A DNA stretch of 64,000 nt from Sporopachydermia quercuum (Eukaryota). A program made the position numbers and the translations under genes. Where the stretch lies: contig BCGN01000002.1 of NCBI GenBank assembly GCA_001599295.1, positions 1,984,001 to 2,048,000 of the forward strand, given 5' to 3'. The notes beneath the pieces are model-generated. The model did no database searches, was not told the DNA's origin, and was given only the letters and a program-made list of their open reading frames with translations. Each line of letters begins with the position of its first letter. Position 1 is the stretch's first letter. Below are positions 1 to 10,658 of the stretch, in pieces.

Positions 1-484
1 GGCAGGAAGCATAAAAATTCTGGTATATTAGAAACATCTGTCTAGCAGTTTTTTAGGAAAAGTTTAACTGTTGGAAGCGTCCCCAATGATTGCACATCAA
101 GTCTGAATCTTCGTTAATGATACCTCATTTGGCTAACGATACAAATAGATCAACATGATATAGACATAGGATAGAAATAGGATAAATTTATCACTATCTT
201 TGTTGCATTGCAGTAGAAATATATTCTAACGACTTAGTCACGATTCTCTCTTTATTCATAGAACATATAAGTTGAAACAAGACTCATATTTCAGAGGTAG
301 ACAACTTATGTATGTTGAAGGGTTCATCTTCCTTCTGCATTTCACCAGATCTCTATTCTGATATGACTTCATTCTAGAAAACCGTTGGCCTGAAATCAGT
401 GACAAATGACCTAAGAAGATTCCGATTTATCGTTATCATCTATTGTATATCGATCATAAAAGTTTTACTAGTAAATAGACTGTC

Positions 485-744
485 TTACTAAAGATAAAGT
501 TTATCTTTAAGCTAAAATCTAGGCTCTACATGTGTGACAACATTTTCTTACCGATCTTTCTTCTTATCTAAGCATTGTCGTGTTGTTGAGAGGATCAACA
601 GAAAGAAAGGAAAAATTTATTCATCAAACATCCAATATTTTTGCCATACTATTTCAAGCAGTTATTTATTTCATCATTTCTTTCATCTCATTTGATCCAT
701 GTCATTCTTAGACTTCTGAATCATCTCGCATCTTACTTTACTAA
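485..744 (+). promoter_or_regulatory. Two Yap1-type response elements (TTACTAA at 485-491 and 738-744) upstream of thioredoxin
   Basis: Exact TTACTAA matches; a variant TTAGTCA lies at 234-240 and TATATAAA near 864. TRX2 is the classic Yap1 target in yeasts. Confidence 0.5.
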
Positions 745-1250
745 GTGGATTAATAAGCAATTGCGTTACCGAACACTTCTTTAACATGGGATTAAAAATC
801 AAATCACTCCAACGCCTCAATTCATTATAAATACTTATCAATTATTTACAGCAGAGACTTTCATATATAAATAGCTGCTCATGCCTTCCTTTTCTTATTT
901 TTCTTTAATTCTTTAATACCTTTCGCATCCTTCCAANTCCTATCATTAATTCCATATCGTCATCATACATTTCATCATATCATCTGTCCCATTGCTCATC
1001 CTTCAGGACTCACGTACAAACATCATATGAAAGGGGAACTGGAACGGCCATCAATCACATCACCATATTAGCATTAATTCTGTTTCACTTCTTCACCTAC
1101 TGTATTATTGTGCTATATCATAGAAGCTATAGAAAAGAATCCAATCAATCAATCCATCGGATATAAATCGACGAAAAAAAGATTAACCTAGTCAGTATAG
1201 TATACATTTAGTACTAAATCAAATCACCAGCGTACAATAAATTCATCACA

Positions 1251-1562
1251 ATGGTTGAACAAATTAAATCAGTTGAACAATTCAAAGAAGTCACATCTGC
1301 TTCAAATTTAGTCGTTATTGACTTCTTTGCTACCTGGTGCGGACCTTGCAAGATGATTTCACCAGTTATTGAAAAATTCTCAAAGGAATTCACTGATGCC
1401 AGTTTCTACAAGGTTGATGTTGATGAATTATCATCTGTTGCTGCTGAAAACGACATCTCATCAATGCCAACATTTTTATTCTTCAAAGAAGGTAAAGTCA
1501 TTGGTAAGGTGATTGGTGCTAATCCATCTGCTATTAAAAATGCTATTCAACAAGCTTTATGA
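1251..1562 (+). CDS. TRX2: Thioredoxin (TRX1/TRX2 orthologue), 103 aa; probable readthrough extension to 1580
   Basis: WCGPC active site, DFFATW and SMPTF motifs, strong CACA-ATG start context. Confidence 0.97.
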   Translation: MVEQIKSVEQFKEVTSASNLVVIDFFATWCGPCKMISPVIEKFSKEFTDASFYKVDVDELSSVAAENDISSMPTFLFFKEGKVIGKVIGANPSAIKNAIQQAL

Positions 1563-2323
1563 CTATACAGCAAGCTATAAACAGGTCAAATGGAATGGTC
1601 TATTATATAATATGTTTCTTTATAAATGATTGAATATATGTTCATTTCAAATAGAACGAGCGTAGATACTCGTATTGTATATGTACTCTAGAAGCAAAGG
1701 ACAAAGGAAGAGTAACGGAAGCAATGAATGTATGTAGAGCAAACCAAAATTAGAAGAGATAAAGAGTAAACCAAACCTGTATATAGTTGAAGTATTTCGT
1801 AGCGAAATATATCATATTCTGAGAGAGGTCAAAATAGCCGGATGTTAGAATGTTCATATATTTGTTTACTTCTAGTAAACCTGACCTTCAGTTCCTTGAA
1901 ACAACTCTTCCATATTTGTCACTGTCATCTACTTGGAAAGCAAATATTGATTACTTGATTTTCTGAATAAATTGATGGATATTAGGTGAGTCTTTTGATC
2001 ATATTATTTCTAATCTCTTAAAAACTCATTATTCCTGTAACTAGTCCTCTGTCAATGGAACAACACCAGCAGTACCATTGATTACTTGAGCGAATGAATG
2101 ATAAAGAGCAGAATGAAAAATCTCGATTGATGCCAAGCACCAGCAACTACAACAGAAAAAAGTGTCAAATTAATTAATAGACAAACATTCAGAAATCAAT
2201 CGACGGAAATCTAGATATTCGTTATTAGCAATAAGTACATACTGTTACATTCGGAACAAAGCTTTACTTAACAAACTTTCTTCTTGCCCTTACTGACTAT
2301 TTCCGCACACTCCATCCATCAGA

Positions 2324-3193
2324 ATGAGCCCATTACGGAATGGTGAGAATTACTACGATCAATTCTATCGTGAATCAACTGATTTCGTAAAAGAACTCGC
2401 GGAAGAACTGAACCATTCAGAATTAAAAGCATACTACGAGAAGGATTTTCAACTCCTATCAACAATCCGCTATGATCTTGAATTGTCATTACGATTCTCT
2501 GAGGAATCCTTGAATAGCCCTTACTTTCTGTTGAAGTTTCATTTAGATCGGTTAAAATGCGAAGTAGAATTTTTCAAATGGCCTCTTGAACTATCAGCAG
2601 ATTCCTTAATTGAACAATTAGATCCTCTGATCCCAGATTACTCTAAATGCTATAAAATAAGAGTATTGGTTAACAAGGAAGGCAAAGTGAAAGTAGAGTT
2701 CTACGAAACAGTTTCATTACCAGATTTCATGTCAATTTTTGAACAAGACTATCTATCAGCGAGATATGATTTTAACTTACCAGGATTAGGATTAATTGAA
2801 GGTATCGATGATGCGCCATTATGGAAACTTTATAAAGACGAGAAGAGAATGATTCCCTCACCATTTACCAGTTTTAAGACGGATAAAAGACAACACTACA
2901 ATGAAGCTAGAGAAAGATTTGATATAACTGTTGGTTCAAAGAAAGAAGTGTTAATATTCAATACTACTGATCAATTGATGGAAGGGTCAATAACTAACGT
3001 CGCTATAAGGAAGTATGATTCATGGGTTACACCTATGTTGACTTCGGGTTGTTTATGCGGAGTGATGAGGACTCATTTGCTTTTGCATGGTAAGATTAGA
3101 GAAGATATAATATTATGGGACGACCTAAAAGAGGGCGATTTGGTATTATTGTTTAATGGTATAATGGGGGTGGTAAAGGCAATTGTCTGTTGA
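2324..3193 (+). CDS. ABZ2: 4-amino-4-deoxychorismate lyase (aminotransferase class IV); possible 11-nt first exon at 1975-1985
   Basis: FQLLSTIRYD, SPFTSFKT..R.HY..AR, EGSITNVA, TP.L.SGCLCGVMR and NGIMG motifs match yeast Abz2. Confidence 0.9.
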   Translation: MSPLRNGENYYDQFYRESTDFVKELAEELNHSELKAYYEKDFQLLSTIRYDLELSLRFSEESLNSPYFLLKFHLDRLKCEVEFFKWPLELSADSLIEQLDPLIPDYSKCYKIRVLVNKEGKVKVEFYETVSLPDFMSIFEQDYLSARYDFNLPGLGLIEGIDDAPLWKLYKDEKRMIPSPFTSFKTDKRQHYNEARERFDITVGSKKEVLIFNTTDQLMEGSITNVAIRKYDSWVTPMLTSGCLCGVMRTHLLLHGKIREDIILWDDLKEGDLVLLFNGIMGVVKAIVC

Positions 3194-3592
3194 ATATAAT
3201 ATGGATGGTCATAAGAATTCTAGCAGGTATACAGTCAAATTTGTTTGTAGTAGATGATGAGAAAAGTAATAACTTCAGAGTAGACCCCAATTAGTTGATC
3301 ACACTTTATAGCCAACAATGTAACTAAAAGAACCACATTGTAAATTGGTAGTTGCTTTATTCTATCAGAATAATTGAGTCCAAACATTCTTCATAATTAG
3401 AGCGCTTAAAACCCTCTATACAAACTATAACCTACAAAATATCCAATCCGTTTACACATCTAAATTCTATTTTCATTACTTCATCACAATATTCACACGT
3501 TCTTCATAACATATAACATCAGTTCTTCGCCAATTGAATTTTTACTTAATATTCAACCGATAGCATATTCTATTTAACACAATCTAACGAAT

Positions 3593-4747
3593 CTACTCCT
3601 TTAAGGCATCTTCAATTTCTGTATCATTCCATCCAAGGATGTACAAAGCATCCTTTAAACTCTTGGAGTTTAATCTGCTAGGTGCTTGCTTTTGAACTGT
3701 TGGCTTAGCGTTCCAGGCAATGCCAAAACCAGCTTTAGCCATCATTAACAAATCATTGGCACCATCACCAATTGCAACTGTGCTTTCCAATTGTATATTT
3801 TCCTTAGCAGCTATTTCAACGAAAAGCTCTTCTTTCCTCTTGCCATCAACAATATCACCAACCACTTCACCAGTTAAAGTATTGGTTGCTTCATCAACTT
3901 CTAACGTGTTGGCAAATGCATAGTCAAGACCTAGTTCATTTTTAATATAGTTAGCCAATGGGACAAAGCCACCGCTTAAAACTGCAGTCTTCACACCGTT
4001 GCTTTTGAGCACTTTGATCAATTCTCTAGCACCATTCGTAATTTTCAGTTGCGGTTTCAATTCTTCAAAACAGTCAGCCGTGACGCCTTTTAGTAGCTTA
4101 ACTCTTTCGTTCAATGATTGCTTGAAGTCAAGCTCACCATTCATAGCTCTGGTTGTGATATCTCTGACTTGATCTTCGACATCAGCATATTTAGCAATGA
4201 GTTCAATTACCTCTTGTTCAATCAGCGTTGAGTCCATATCAAAAACAACTAGTTTCAACGAGTGCTTTCTATACTTATCTCTGTCATTTTGAATCAAGAT
4301 GTCAATAGAATTATCATCACCAAATTTCAATGCTTTCCTTTGAAGTTTGGCTGCCATCAATTGTAAAGCTAGTAAAGGATCCTGAATTGGGATCAACGCT
4401 TTCAATTTTTCATCTTCTGGATCTAATTTTTCATCTTCCTGTTGTTTTTTCAACGATGCTAAATGCTTGTGTTGATGATGAGTTGAATGATGGGAATGCC
4501 CACAAGGATCATGGTCATTGTCATGATAGTCACCAATACCATATTCGTCTCTCAAATCAGAATCAACCTTCTGAGAGATCAATTCATCAATGATAATTCT
4601 TAATTCGTATTCGATTACTCTCTGCGGGCTAACAATCTTGATTCCTGATAGTGTTGTTTGATACTTCTCCAAGAAGTCGTTCATCTTGGGAAGAAACTCA
4701 ANATTGAGACGTTCGTCTCTTGGAATGCAAGTTGCAATGTATGGCAT
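3593..4747 (-). CDS. SER2: Phosphoserine phosphatase (HAD family) with a His-rich N-terminal insertion
   Basis: VFDMDSTLIEQEVIE (HAD motif I), LSGGF and IGDGANDLLM motifs. Confidence 0.96.
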   Translation of the reverse strand: MPYIATCIPRDERLNXEFLPKMNDFLEKYQTTLSGIKIVSPQRVIEYELRIIIDELISQKVDSDLRDEYGIGDYHDNDHDPCGHSHHSTHHQHKHLASLKKQQEDEKLDPEDEKLKALIPIQDPLLALQLMAAKLQRKALKFGDDNSIDILIQNDRDKYRKHSLKLVVFDMDSTLIEQEVIELIAKYADVEDQVRDITTRAMNGELDFKQSLNERVKLLKGVTADCFEELKPQLKITNGARELIKVLKSNGVKTAVLSGGFVPLANYIKNELGLDYAFANTLEVDEATNTLTGEVVGDIVDGKRKEELFVEIAAKENIQLESTVAIGDGANDLLMMAKAGFGIAWNAKPTVQKQAPSRLNSKSLKDALYILGWNDTEIEDALKE

Positions 4748-5238
4748 CGCGAGCGGATTCTCTGTATATTATAATTATGAATAAACAACGACAAGCTAAC
4801 CTAATTACTATGAAAATTTCCGTTCAATTCTTCCTCAAAACAAGCTAGTGAAGATCAGTAGACCATTAATTCTTTATGTTGGAGCAAATGGCGTGGGATA
4901 AAAGTGTCAATGGCAATGGGCACAATAATAAAATCTATGACTAACCCTAATTAGACAACCACCACTGATTGGATTGAAAGAATGTTACGAACGCAATTAG
5001 AACTAATAAAAGGCTTCCTTTAATCTACGAAGAGTATACTTTATCTCCAGTTCATGATAGAACTATACAATCAATCAACCATCAACAAATCAGTAATTTC
5101 CATTGCTCCATGTTGAGGGGTTGTTATGAACAGAATGAAATAACAGTGGAGCGAGACTTGATATCCACGATGAAAATAAGTCTCCGCAGATTATGTAATC
5201 ATGATTACTTTGTCATTCTGTTTAGTTAACTTATCACA

Positions 5239-5403
5239 ATGATAAACAATTATATGTTTGGGTGTAAGTCAAAAACTTTTTCTCTCTATTGCTTCCCCAA
5301 CAACAACCAGAAGGAGATCTGATGTCTACCTAAGTGAAAAACTGGTGGTGCTAACATATTTGTAGATGTGGGCTTACATTGGACAAGAAGGCGATTTGAC
5401 TGA
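5239..5403 (+). CDS. Candidate spliced micro-ORF/uORF, 20 aa MINNYMFGYVGLHWTRRRFD (exons 5239-5263 and 5366-5403)
   Basis: TCACA-ATG start context, GTAAGT donor at 5264, TGCTAAC branch at 5349-5355, TAG acceptor ending 5365. No homologue recognised. Confidence 0.4.
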
Positions 5404-5708
5404 TGGAGGTGAACAGAATATACTTGGTTAGCATATACTGTAGTTAATTCATTGAAATCGTTGTTTGGTTACTTGTAGGAAACAGATTCAACTGTTGGTT
5501 TTCTCAGCATTGATATCTGTTAGCTGTTAATATAAAAGCAGGAAATATCAAATATTGAGACAGAGAGAGGAAGTCACATATATTGCGCGGAAGATATTGA
5601 TAAGTTCATCAAGTGGAGGAAGCACGCGAATAGATAGACGTTGATAGCTTTTTTAGACGTTTAGCTATAATCAGAAAGAATCCTGAAAGTTGCTCAAACA
5701 TTGTCAAA

Positions 5709-7535
5709 ATGCTAGTGAAAGATTCCGATGTTCCATTGCTGAAGCAATGGCTTATTGGCAAGTTAGATCCTTTGTCTGACGCCGATTCAGAAGTATTAGC
5801 AGATTATGTTCTCGCATTACTTCAAAATTCAATGTCAGATGAAGAATTAATGACAATCTGTGTAGAACAGCTAGCAGATTTTCTTCAGGATCACACCCAA
5901 TCTTTTGTTAATGATCTCTTTAATGCTATTAACAGTAAGAGCTATCTTGCTGATCTACAGATGAAACCAGTTGAACCCTATGAACCAACTATACCAACTG
6001 CTCCAGCAGCCCAGAATCACCTTCATAATAATGAAAATGACTCGAGCATGCAAACAGATGAAGAGAAACAAAACGAACTGTCAAACAATGGAGAATACAA
6101 TCCTTTCCAAACACATAAAACTGCAGGAAGATATAACAGAGGTAGTCATAAAGGTAACTACAGAGGTGGTTATCCTGGTAATAATAGGAACTACAACAAC
6201 GACAGAAATAATACCAATAATGGCAATTATTATGGAACAGACAGCAACTTTAACGAGTATGCTACTAATTTGAATCAAAACATGAGTTTAGAAGAAATGC
6301 AACACCAGTATAACCAATTGAGAGAAATGGGTAAAGAGTTACAACAGAGTCAAATGCAGTTCCCTATGCCTTCAAATCAAGGATTTATTCCACCAAATTT
6401 CCCTGAGGCGTCATCAACAGGTGTTTATGCCCTGAACAATTTTAACCGTGGCAATAATAACAGACATAGCAATAAACCAAGACATTATAGCGAGATGTCA
6501 TCAACAAAGGAAGATCCTAATGGAACTTCTCTTGTGATAGAGAAACTACCTCAAGAAAAACTCAACGATCAGGCAATCACTGAGTACTTCAGCAGATTTG
6601 GTACCGTTGTTAACGTATCAGTTGATCCTCACAAGTCTTTGGCCCAAGTCGTGTTTGCTGATCACGAACAAGCTAAAACCGCTTGGTCATGTCCTGATCC
6701 TATTTTCGATAATCGATTTGTTAAGCTATATTGGAAGAAAGAACCAAAGCAAAAGTCAGAGAAACCTGCACCTACACCTGCACCTGTGGACATTGAAACC
6801 ATTAAACGAATTCAACTAGAGAAACAGAAAGTGTTTGAAGAGCGGTTAGAAAAGAAGAAGGCTAACGAAAGGGCTTTGGAAGAGCTGAAGAAAAGGAAAG
6901 AGGAGATTCTAAAACGACATGAAGAACAAAAGAAAGCGTTAGAAGAAAAGATTAGACAACAAGAAGGTGATTCAGCTACGGGAACCTCCAATAAGACGGA
7001 GATGTTGAAAGCTCAGCTTGAAGCTTTGAAGAAAGAAGCTGAACTCTTGGGAATTGGTGCTGATGGCAACATGGCCGCATCAACAGGATACACATCATCT
7101 TTCCGTGGAGGAAGAGGAGGAGCCATTCGTGGTAGAGGAGCTTTCAGATCAAGAGCTGCTTTCAATCCTTATGGAAGAGGACGGGGGGGTTTCAGAGGAG
7201 GCAAAACTGCTGCACCGGTAGGTAGATTCAATCTTGATCTACGTCCTAAGAAGGTCAAGTTATCATTGCAACAAGGTGCTGATGTACCAACCGATGGGTC
7301 TTTTGACGAAGCATTACGAGGACACTTATTGAATTTTGGCACGTATGACTTGGAATCGAAAGATGATGGATCAACTATCGTTTCCTTTGCTGATAGAAAG
7401 AATGCTGAAAGATTTTTCAATGATAATGAGATTTTTAGAGGTCAGTTGATGAAAGAGTGGTATAAGGACAATAGCAGTTCAGAGGCTCAAGCAAAGGTTT
7501 CTACTAATGCTTCTGGTGATGTTTCAATGGACTAA
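5709..7535 (+). CDS. PWI + RRM RNA-binding protein, RBM26/RBM27/Rmn1-like
   Basis: N-terminal PWI domain (LK.W...KL.P.SDAD..VLADYVLALL), RRM ending P.PIFDNRFVKLYW, coiled coil, RGG tract, LDLRPK before a degenerate second RRM. Confidence 0.9.
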   Translation: MLVKDSDVPLLKQWLIGKLDPLSDADSEVLADYVLALLQNSMSDEELMTICVEQLADFLQDHTQSFVNDLFNAINSKSYLADLQMKPVEPYEPTIPTAPAAQNHLHNNENDSSMQTDEEKQNELSNNGEYNPFQTHKTAGRYNRGSHKGNYRGGYPGNNRNYNNDRNNTNNGNYYGTDSNFNEYATNLNQNMSLEEMQHQYNQLREMGKELQQSQMQFPMPSNQGFIPPNFPEASSTGVYALNNFNRGNNNRHSNKPRHYSEMSSTKEDPNGTSLVIEKLPQEKLNDQAITEYFSRFGTVVNVSVDPHKSLAQVVFADHEQAKTAWSCPDPIFDNRFVKLYWKKEPKQKSEKPAPTPAPVDIETIKRIQLEKQKVFEERLEKKKANERALEELKKRKEEILKRHEEQKKALEEKIRQQEGDSATGTSNKTEMLKAQLEALKKEAELLGIGADGNMAASTGYTSSFRGGRGGAIRGRGAFRSRAAFNPYGRGRGGFRGGKTAAPVGRFNLDLRPKKVKLSLQQGADVPTDGSFDEALRGHLLNFGTYDLESKDDGSTIVSFADRKNAERFFNDNEIFRGQLMKEWYKDNSSSEAQAKVSTNASGDVSMD

Positions 7536-7665
7536 AGAAGTAGTCGAACCAAAATGAAGAGATGACTCAGTTGGTCTCAATACTGTGTATATTATAGTAC
7601 GAAGCTCAATAATTGATTACATTATATCAGTCATATGCATAAAAGCATACATACTAAAGACTGAA

Positions 7666-7692
7666 TAGTAGTAGTAGTAGTGGTAGTAGTAG
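7666..7692. repeat. (TAG)n microsatellite; a short (AT)n run follows near 7766-7782
   Basis: tagtagtagtagtagtggtagtagtag between two convergent 3' ends. Confidence 0.8.
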
Positions 7693-7968
7693 CCTGCACC
7701 TTTGGACTCTCAATTGCTTTTTTTACACACCAANTAAATTATCACAATTCTTATTCCTTCAATACATATATATATATATATACATTTTTGTCTAAATCGC
7801 TGCTGCTTCTATATCAAACTTCAAACAACTTCAAACCACTGAACTTTTATCAATATCAGCAGTCCAATAACTGCTATAACCATTACAATATAATACATTA
7901 ATAGATTCACAAACTTCGTCACATCACCATCACCATTGTATAGACAAATCATGCAATTTTCAACCAAA

Positions 7969-9155
7969 TTACTTGAAAGCTCTAAACAAACAACAGACAA
8001 TATTGACGAGTAATCCACCCAGTCCATTTGACTCCTTTTGAGGCTTTTGCTGTTGTGATGAATACGGTACTTGGGGTTGGTGCCCAGTTGGATAGGATGG
8101 GCCAGATAGCTTGCTTACTCCTGATGGCAAATCTACAATCAGAACGCCAGCATTTTTGGGATCGACTTGAAAATGAAGATTATTCGCTTGGCATAGAGAT
8201 TCAACAGCTGGTTTTAGTTTGGCAATTCCATCAGCCGAATGGATTCCTTTTCCGACAATGCTAATTCAAAGTTTGTTAGTAATTAGGATAATGCTATAAA
8301 GTAGTTGCTGGAATAGAATTGCTATAGAAAAGAGGAGAATCGAGGAATTGCTAATTATCAATTTATGATAATTTCAGTGGAGTTGATGATATGAGAGGTT
8401 TATTATGAACTATTACAGTAGTTTAATATCAGAACTGGTAGGTATCACAATTCCAATTGAAAAGTGGTAATTAACTCAGCAGCAATAATAATACCATCAA
8501 CACTATTTCTATCATCCTATCAGTATCAACCACTATCGTTACTACTTGCATCAAATCCAATACTCACACTTCTAATTGCTTATCCCCTTGACTGATAGCA
8601 GCATTGATTCTTGTTCTCAGAAAATACTCAGCTTCTATAATTCCAATATTAATATAACTATATCCCATACCAACACCCCAGAAAGATAACCCCACATATC
8701 TCCTACCCTGAAATATACTGACCTTTAACATATAACCCATGCAAATCAATCTCATTAGCACTGCTGTCCGCATTGTTCTCTCGGAAGACATACTCAGCAG
8801 CTTTCAGATTATATTCATCAGCTAAAGCAGCCTGCTTTTTTGCCAATTCACTTAATCTCTTAGCTTCAGCTCCATCGCCAGATTTATACGCGGCTTGCGA
8901 CGCTTCTGAGTACTCTTTCCTTTTATCATGTGCAATTTGAGCTTGGGCTCGGTACTGTTTATACTGTGAATCCTCAACATGATTATAATCACGCAAAGGA
9001 TAAGCTGGTCAATGTTAGAGGAGCATTCGTCTCAATGGTTTCTATAAGGCTCTAAGACATAAATACAATGACAATATCTATGTTTTATATTAAGATAGGT
9101 ATTAAATAGGTTGATAGTACATACAATTGTTGTGTTTTACACCAGCAGTACTCAT
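7969..9155 (-). CDS. DUF1771 + Smr-domain protein (YPL199C-like), 223 aa; exons 9155-9125, 9004-8723, 8634-8568, 8260-7969
   Basis: Spliced frame is continuous: MSTAGVKHNNSYPLRDYNH...EIDLHGLYVK|EAEYFL...LEV|IVGKGIHS...NAGVLIVDL...VCCLFRAFK*. IDLHGL and IVGKG.HS are Smr motifs. Donors GTATGT, GTCAGT, GTGAGT. Confidence 0.92.
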
Positions 9156-10658
9156 GATGGCTGGAACGAGTGGATAGGAGTCTACCGTCTACCTATTGTC
9201 ACAGGATCCTTTAGGGATCAAGACATTCAATAACTGTGCGTCGATAAAAGCTCTAAATGCATGTAGCCTGTTTTATGAAACATGTTATATATAATGAAAT
9301 TGTATGTCTTTCAATAGAAACAATATTGTAATTTTAGTACTGAACAGAAATAGCATTGAGGTTCCGGGGGAAAAAGAAGTAGGACTTAAATTATGAGGAC
9401 TAGATGTGTCAGGGCAGAGGTATGGTATGTGGTCATGTGACATAAAGACATGGGTCGCAGAGTTTACTAGGAATCAAAACTGTGAGGTAACGATGATATG
9501 TCTTACCTTTGATGGATAAAAAATTGACTTGTAACATTGCTTTTAGATGGAAATAATAGATTTTGACGTCTATTAAAAAAGAAAGTTCGTAAATGTAATT
9601 GCTGCTAATTATAAATATTCCTATGAACATCTGTTTTGTCAGCACACAGTCCACATGTCTGACATGACATTTGTTGTTTGTCAGGAAAAGCGAACCCTAA
9701 AGAATAATAGAACCATAACTCAAATTGTATAAACATACTTCAAAAGCAAGAGAACATCACTAGAAAAGTATCAAAATTCCCTCTAAAACTTACCATATTC
9801 AACAAATATTTATTCCAATGCAACCGTAAGCTTACCAGTGGAAAATCAAGTATCAACTCTGCCAATTCTTCCCATCCATTTTCTTGTTAGCCTACTATTC
9901 TTACACCGGATGCACTATCCTGTACTTCCCAAACCTTATTTCCAACTTGCATGACAACGAGATGAAAACTCTTTCTCATTGCAAATGATCACCACAGATC
10001 AACCCTTCATCAATCAAATGATGGTATCTTCTCCTGCTATCGTTTCTTCATATTCTTTCCTTACCTACTGCTTTTTCTCTTCCAACTCAATGATCGTCGT
10101 AAACCAATTATCTCCCGAATTTCACGCTAGCCAATCCCAACTACACCATTATTCATTAGATAATCAATAAATCTCCTTGGCTTCCAACTGATCCATCTCT
10201 TTTACTGATTAGTCTATCAAATATTTTATATGAAGCAGAGCCCTTTGCTTTCAGTGTCTGCTAGGTACTTACATCTACCGATTTGTGCTACTGTTAATGC
10301 GGCAATACTTCATTTTTTATTGCTAATAGAGCACTGAAATAATAGCATATTTATACTTTGGAGAGCTATCGACAAAGTAGCTTTTTTTCCATATAAAATT
10401 TAGAGAGCAAATAGCGAGAATACACCCAGGTGTTCGTTCCTTTGCGGAGATAGTTAGCACCTTGCTTGGAGTACGGCATTACAAGCATTGTGCCATACAC
10501 ATATACATATATATGCTCATAAAAGGCATAAATTTAGTTGGATACGATTTACGTCTACATTCAGCTCACATTTTGTCAACAGGATAATCAACAACTGTCG
10601 GGAGTCATTTCATTATTTATATAAGTAAAGAAAGAAGATACCAACCAGATTCTAAACA

